Source: the human T2T-CHM13v2.0 reference genome, Homo sapiens. Taken from it: DNA of 64,000 bases. The notes under the pieces were generated by a model, which saw nothing but the letters and a program-made list of their open reading frames with translations, was not told the origin of the DNA and did not search any database. The translations under genes were made by a program, and so were the position numbers. Each line of letters starts with the position of its first letter. Within the stretch, counting starts at the first letter, position 1. Shown here piece by piece: positions 61,481 through 64,000 of the stretch. The stretch lies in NCBI RefSeq assembly GCF_009914755.1, contig NC_060931.1. One strand, written 5' to 3'.

Positions 61481-64000
61481 GGGTATCATATTTATTGATT
61501 TGCATATGTTGAACCATCCTTGCATCCCTGCAATAAATCCCATCTGATCATAGTGTATTATCTTTTTGATGTGCCATTGGATTTGATTTACTAGTATTTT
61601 GTTGAGGATTTTTGCATCTACGTTCACAGGGATATTGGTCTGTGTTTTCATTTTCTGCTGTGTCCTTGTCTGGTTTTTAGTATCAGGGTGACCCTGGCCT
61701 CGGAGAATCAGTTAGGGAGAATTCCTTTCTCCTTGATTTTTTAATAGTTTCAGGATTATTGGTATTAGTTTTTCTTTGTATGTTTGGTAGAATTTGGCTG
61801 TGAATACATCTAGTCTTAAGCTTTCTTGGGAGTTTTTTATTATTGATTCAATCTCACTACTCATTATTGGTCTGTTTAGAAGTTCTATTTCTTCCTGGTT
61901 CAATCTTGGGGGATTTTGTGTTTCCAGGGATGTATCTATTTCCTCTAGTTTTTCTAGTTTGTGAGCATGCAGTTGTTCATAATAGTCCTTGATGATCTTT
62001 TGCATTTCTATGGTATCAGTTGTAATGTCTTTTTCATTTCTGATTGTGTTTATTTGGATCTTCTTTCTTCTTGGTTAATCTAGCTAGTGGTTTATCAATT
62101 TTGTCTATCTTTTCAAATAATCAGCTTTTACTTTCATTGATCCAAAGAACTAATATATGAACTTTTAGTTTCATTGATCCTTTGTAAATTTTTTGTCTCT
62201 GTTTCATTTAGTTCTGCTCTGATCTTTATTTTTTCTTTTCTGCTAACTTTGGATTTGGTTTGTTCCTTTTCTAATTCCTTGAGGTGCAATGTTAGGTTGT
62301 TAATTTGTGATCTTTCTACTTTTTTGATGTAGGCATTTAATGCTATAAACTTCCCTCTTAGCACTTCTTTTGCTGTAACCTGCAGGATTTAGTACAATGT
62401 GTTTTTGCATTCATTTCAAAGATGTTTTTAATTTGTCTTAATTTCTTCATTGACCCAGTAGTTGTTCAGGAGCATGCTGTTTAATTTCCATTATCTGTAT
62501 AGTTTCCAAAGTTCCTCTTGGTATTGATTTCTAGTTTTATTCCACTGTGGTCTGAGAAGATACTTGATATAATTTCAATTTTTAAAAAGTTTGTTAAAAC
62601 TTCTTTTGTGGCCTTACATGTGATCTATCTTGGAGAATGTTCCATGTGCTGACAAAAATAATGTATATTCTGTAGTTGTTGGGTAGAATGTTTTATAAGT
62701 CCATTTGGTCTAAAGTTCAATTTAAGTACAATGTTTCTTTGTTAATTTTCTGTCCCAATGATCTGTCTAGTGTTGTGAGTGGAGTGTTAAAAGTCCCCTA
62801 CAGTTATTGTATTGCTGTCTACCTCTTTCTTTAGTGATATTTGTTTTGTTAATCTGGGTGCTTCAATGTTGGGTACATATATATTTAGGACTATTATATC
62901 GTCTTGCTGAATTTATCCCTACATCATTATACAATGACCTTATCTTTTTTCTTACTATTTTTAATTTAAAGTCATCTGTTTTATCAGATATAAGTATAGC
63001 TATGCCTGCTTGCTTTTGGTTTATAATTACATGGAATATCTTTTTCCACCCCTTTGTTTTCAGTCTATATGTCTTTATGGGTAAGGTTAGTTTCTTGTAA
63101 GCAGCATGGATCATGTTTTTTCATCCACTCTGCCAATCTGTATCTTTTAAGTGGAGCATTTAATCCATTTACATTCAAGGTTAATATGGATCTGTGAGAC
63201 TTTGTTTCTGTTATATTGTTTATTGTTTTCAGGTTGTTTTATAGACTCTTTGTCTTTGCCTTTTTGACTTTGTGTTTTGATGAAACTCTGTCATGTTGCT
63301 ATTTGATTCCTTTCTCTTCCTTTGTATGATTGTTTTATACAAACTATGAGTTTTATACTTCTGTATGTTTTTGTGATGGTGAATATCAACCTTTTGGCTG
63401 GGCATCGTGGCTCATGCCTTTAATCCCAGTGCTTTGGGATGCTAGGCAGGGGGATTAATTGATGCCAGGCAGGGGTATTAATTGATGGAAGGTGGTCAAG
63501 ACCAACCGGGGCAAAATAGCAAGATCTTGTCTCTACAAAAAAATTAAAAATTAACCGGGCATGGTGGCACATGTCTGTATTTCTAGCTACTCAAAAGGCT
63601 GAGGCAGGAAGATTGCTTGAGCCCACGAGGTCAAGGCTGCAATGAACTGTGATTGCACTACTGTATTCCAGGTTGAGTGACAAAGCAAGACCCTCTATCA
63701 AAAATAATTAATTAAAAACACCATTCATTTCAGTGTTTAAGATCCTTTTGAGCATTTCCTGTAGTACCAGTCTAGTGGTGACAAATTCCCTCAGCATTTG
63801 CTTGTATGGGAAGGACTTTATTTCTCCTTTTATAAAGCTTATTCTGGCAGGATACAAAATTCTTGGCTGACAGACACACTGTTTTTTTTTTTCCCTTTAG
63901 CACTTTGAAAATGCCATCCCATTGTTTTCTGGCATGTAAGAATTCTGCTGAAAAGTCCTCAATTGGTCTGATGAGATTTGGGATTTCCTTTATAGGTGAC
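61481..64000 (-). mobile_element. L1 (L1M/L1PB-like) ORF1-ORF2 region, continuing past the window; contains AluJ at 63396-63710 (+)
   Basis: Minus-strand ORFs [44 protein letters not shown]. Confidence 0.88.

Overview
Primate (human-like) genomic DNA, mostly transposable-element relics. I recognise it as the 3' part of AGBL3 (cytosolic carboxypeptidase 3, + strand; coding exons 23226-23457 and 42682-43102 splice in frame), followed by the ISRE-containing promoter and non-coding first exon of TMEM140 (~55860-56119). Both gene names are from recall, not a database search. The AGBL3 introns hold a near-complete hAT-Blackjack transposon, two full-length L1PA-type elements, older L1M/L2/MIR relics, THE1/MLT LTRs, Tigger elements, about 13 Alus and an RNF14 processed pseudogene. 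Best observations: (1) four small GT-AG exons at 7.4-9.1 kb that chain in frame into the AGBL3 exon at 23226 but carry one nonsense codon, suggesting a decayed 105-codon cassette; (2) a young templated insertion bounded by perfect 32-bp inverted repeats at 19.3 kb; (3) an Alu and the RNF14 retrocopy sharing one target-site duplication, the retrocopy preserving an exon-skipped isoform with an LTR-like 5' leader; (4) a triplicated unit in which each copy carries a different microsatellite. Nearly all ORF-track entries are L1/Alu fragments, not genes.
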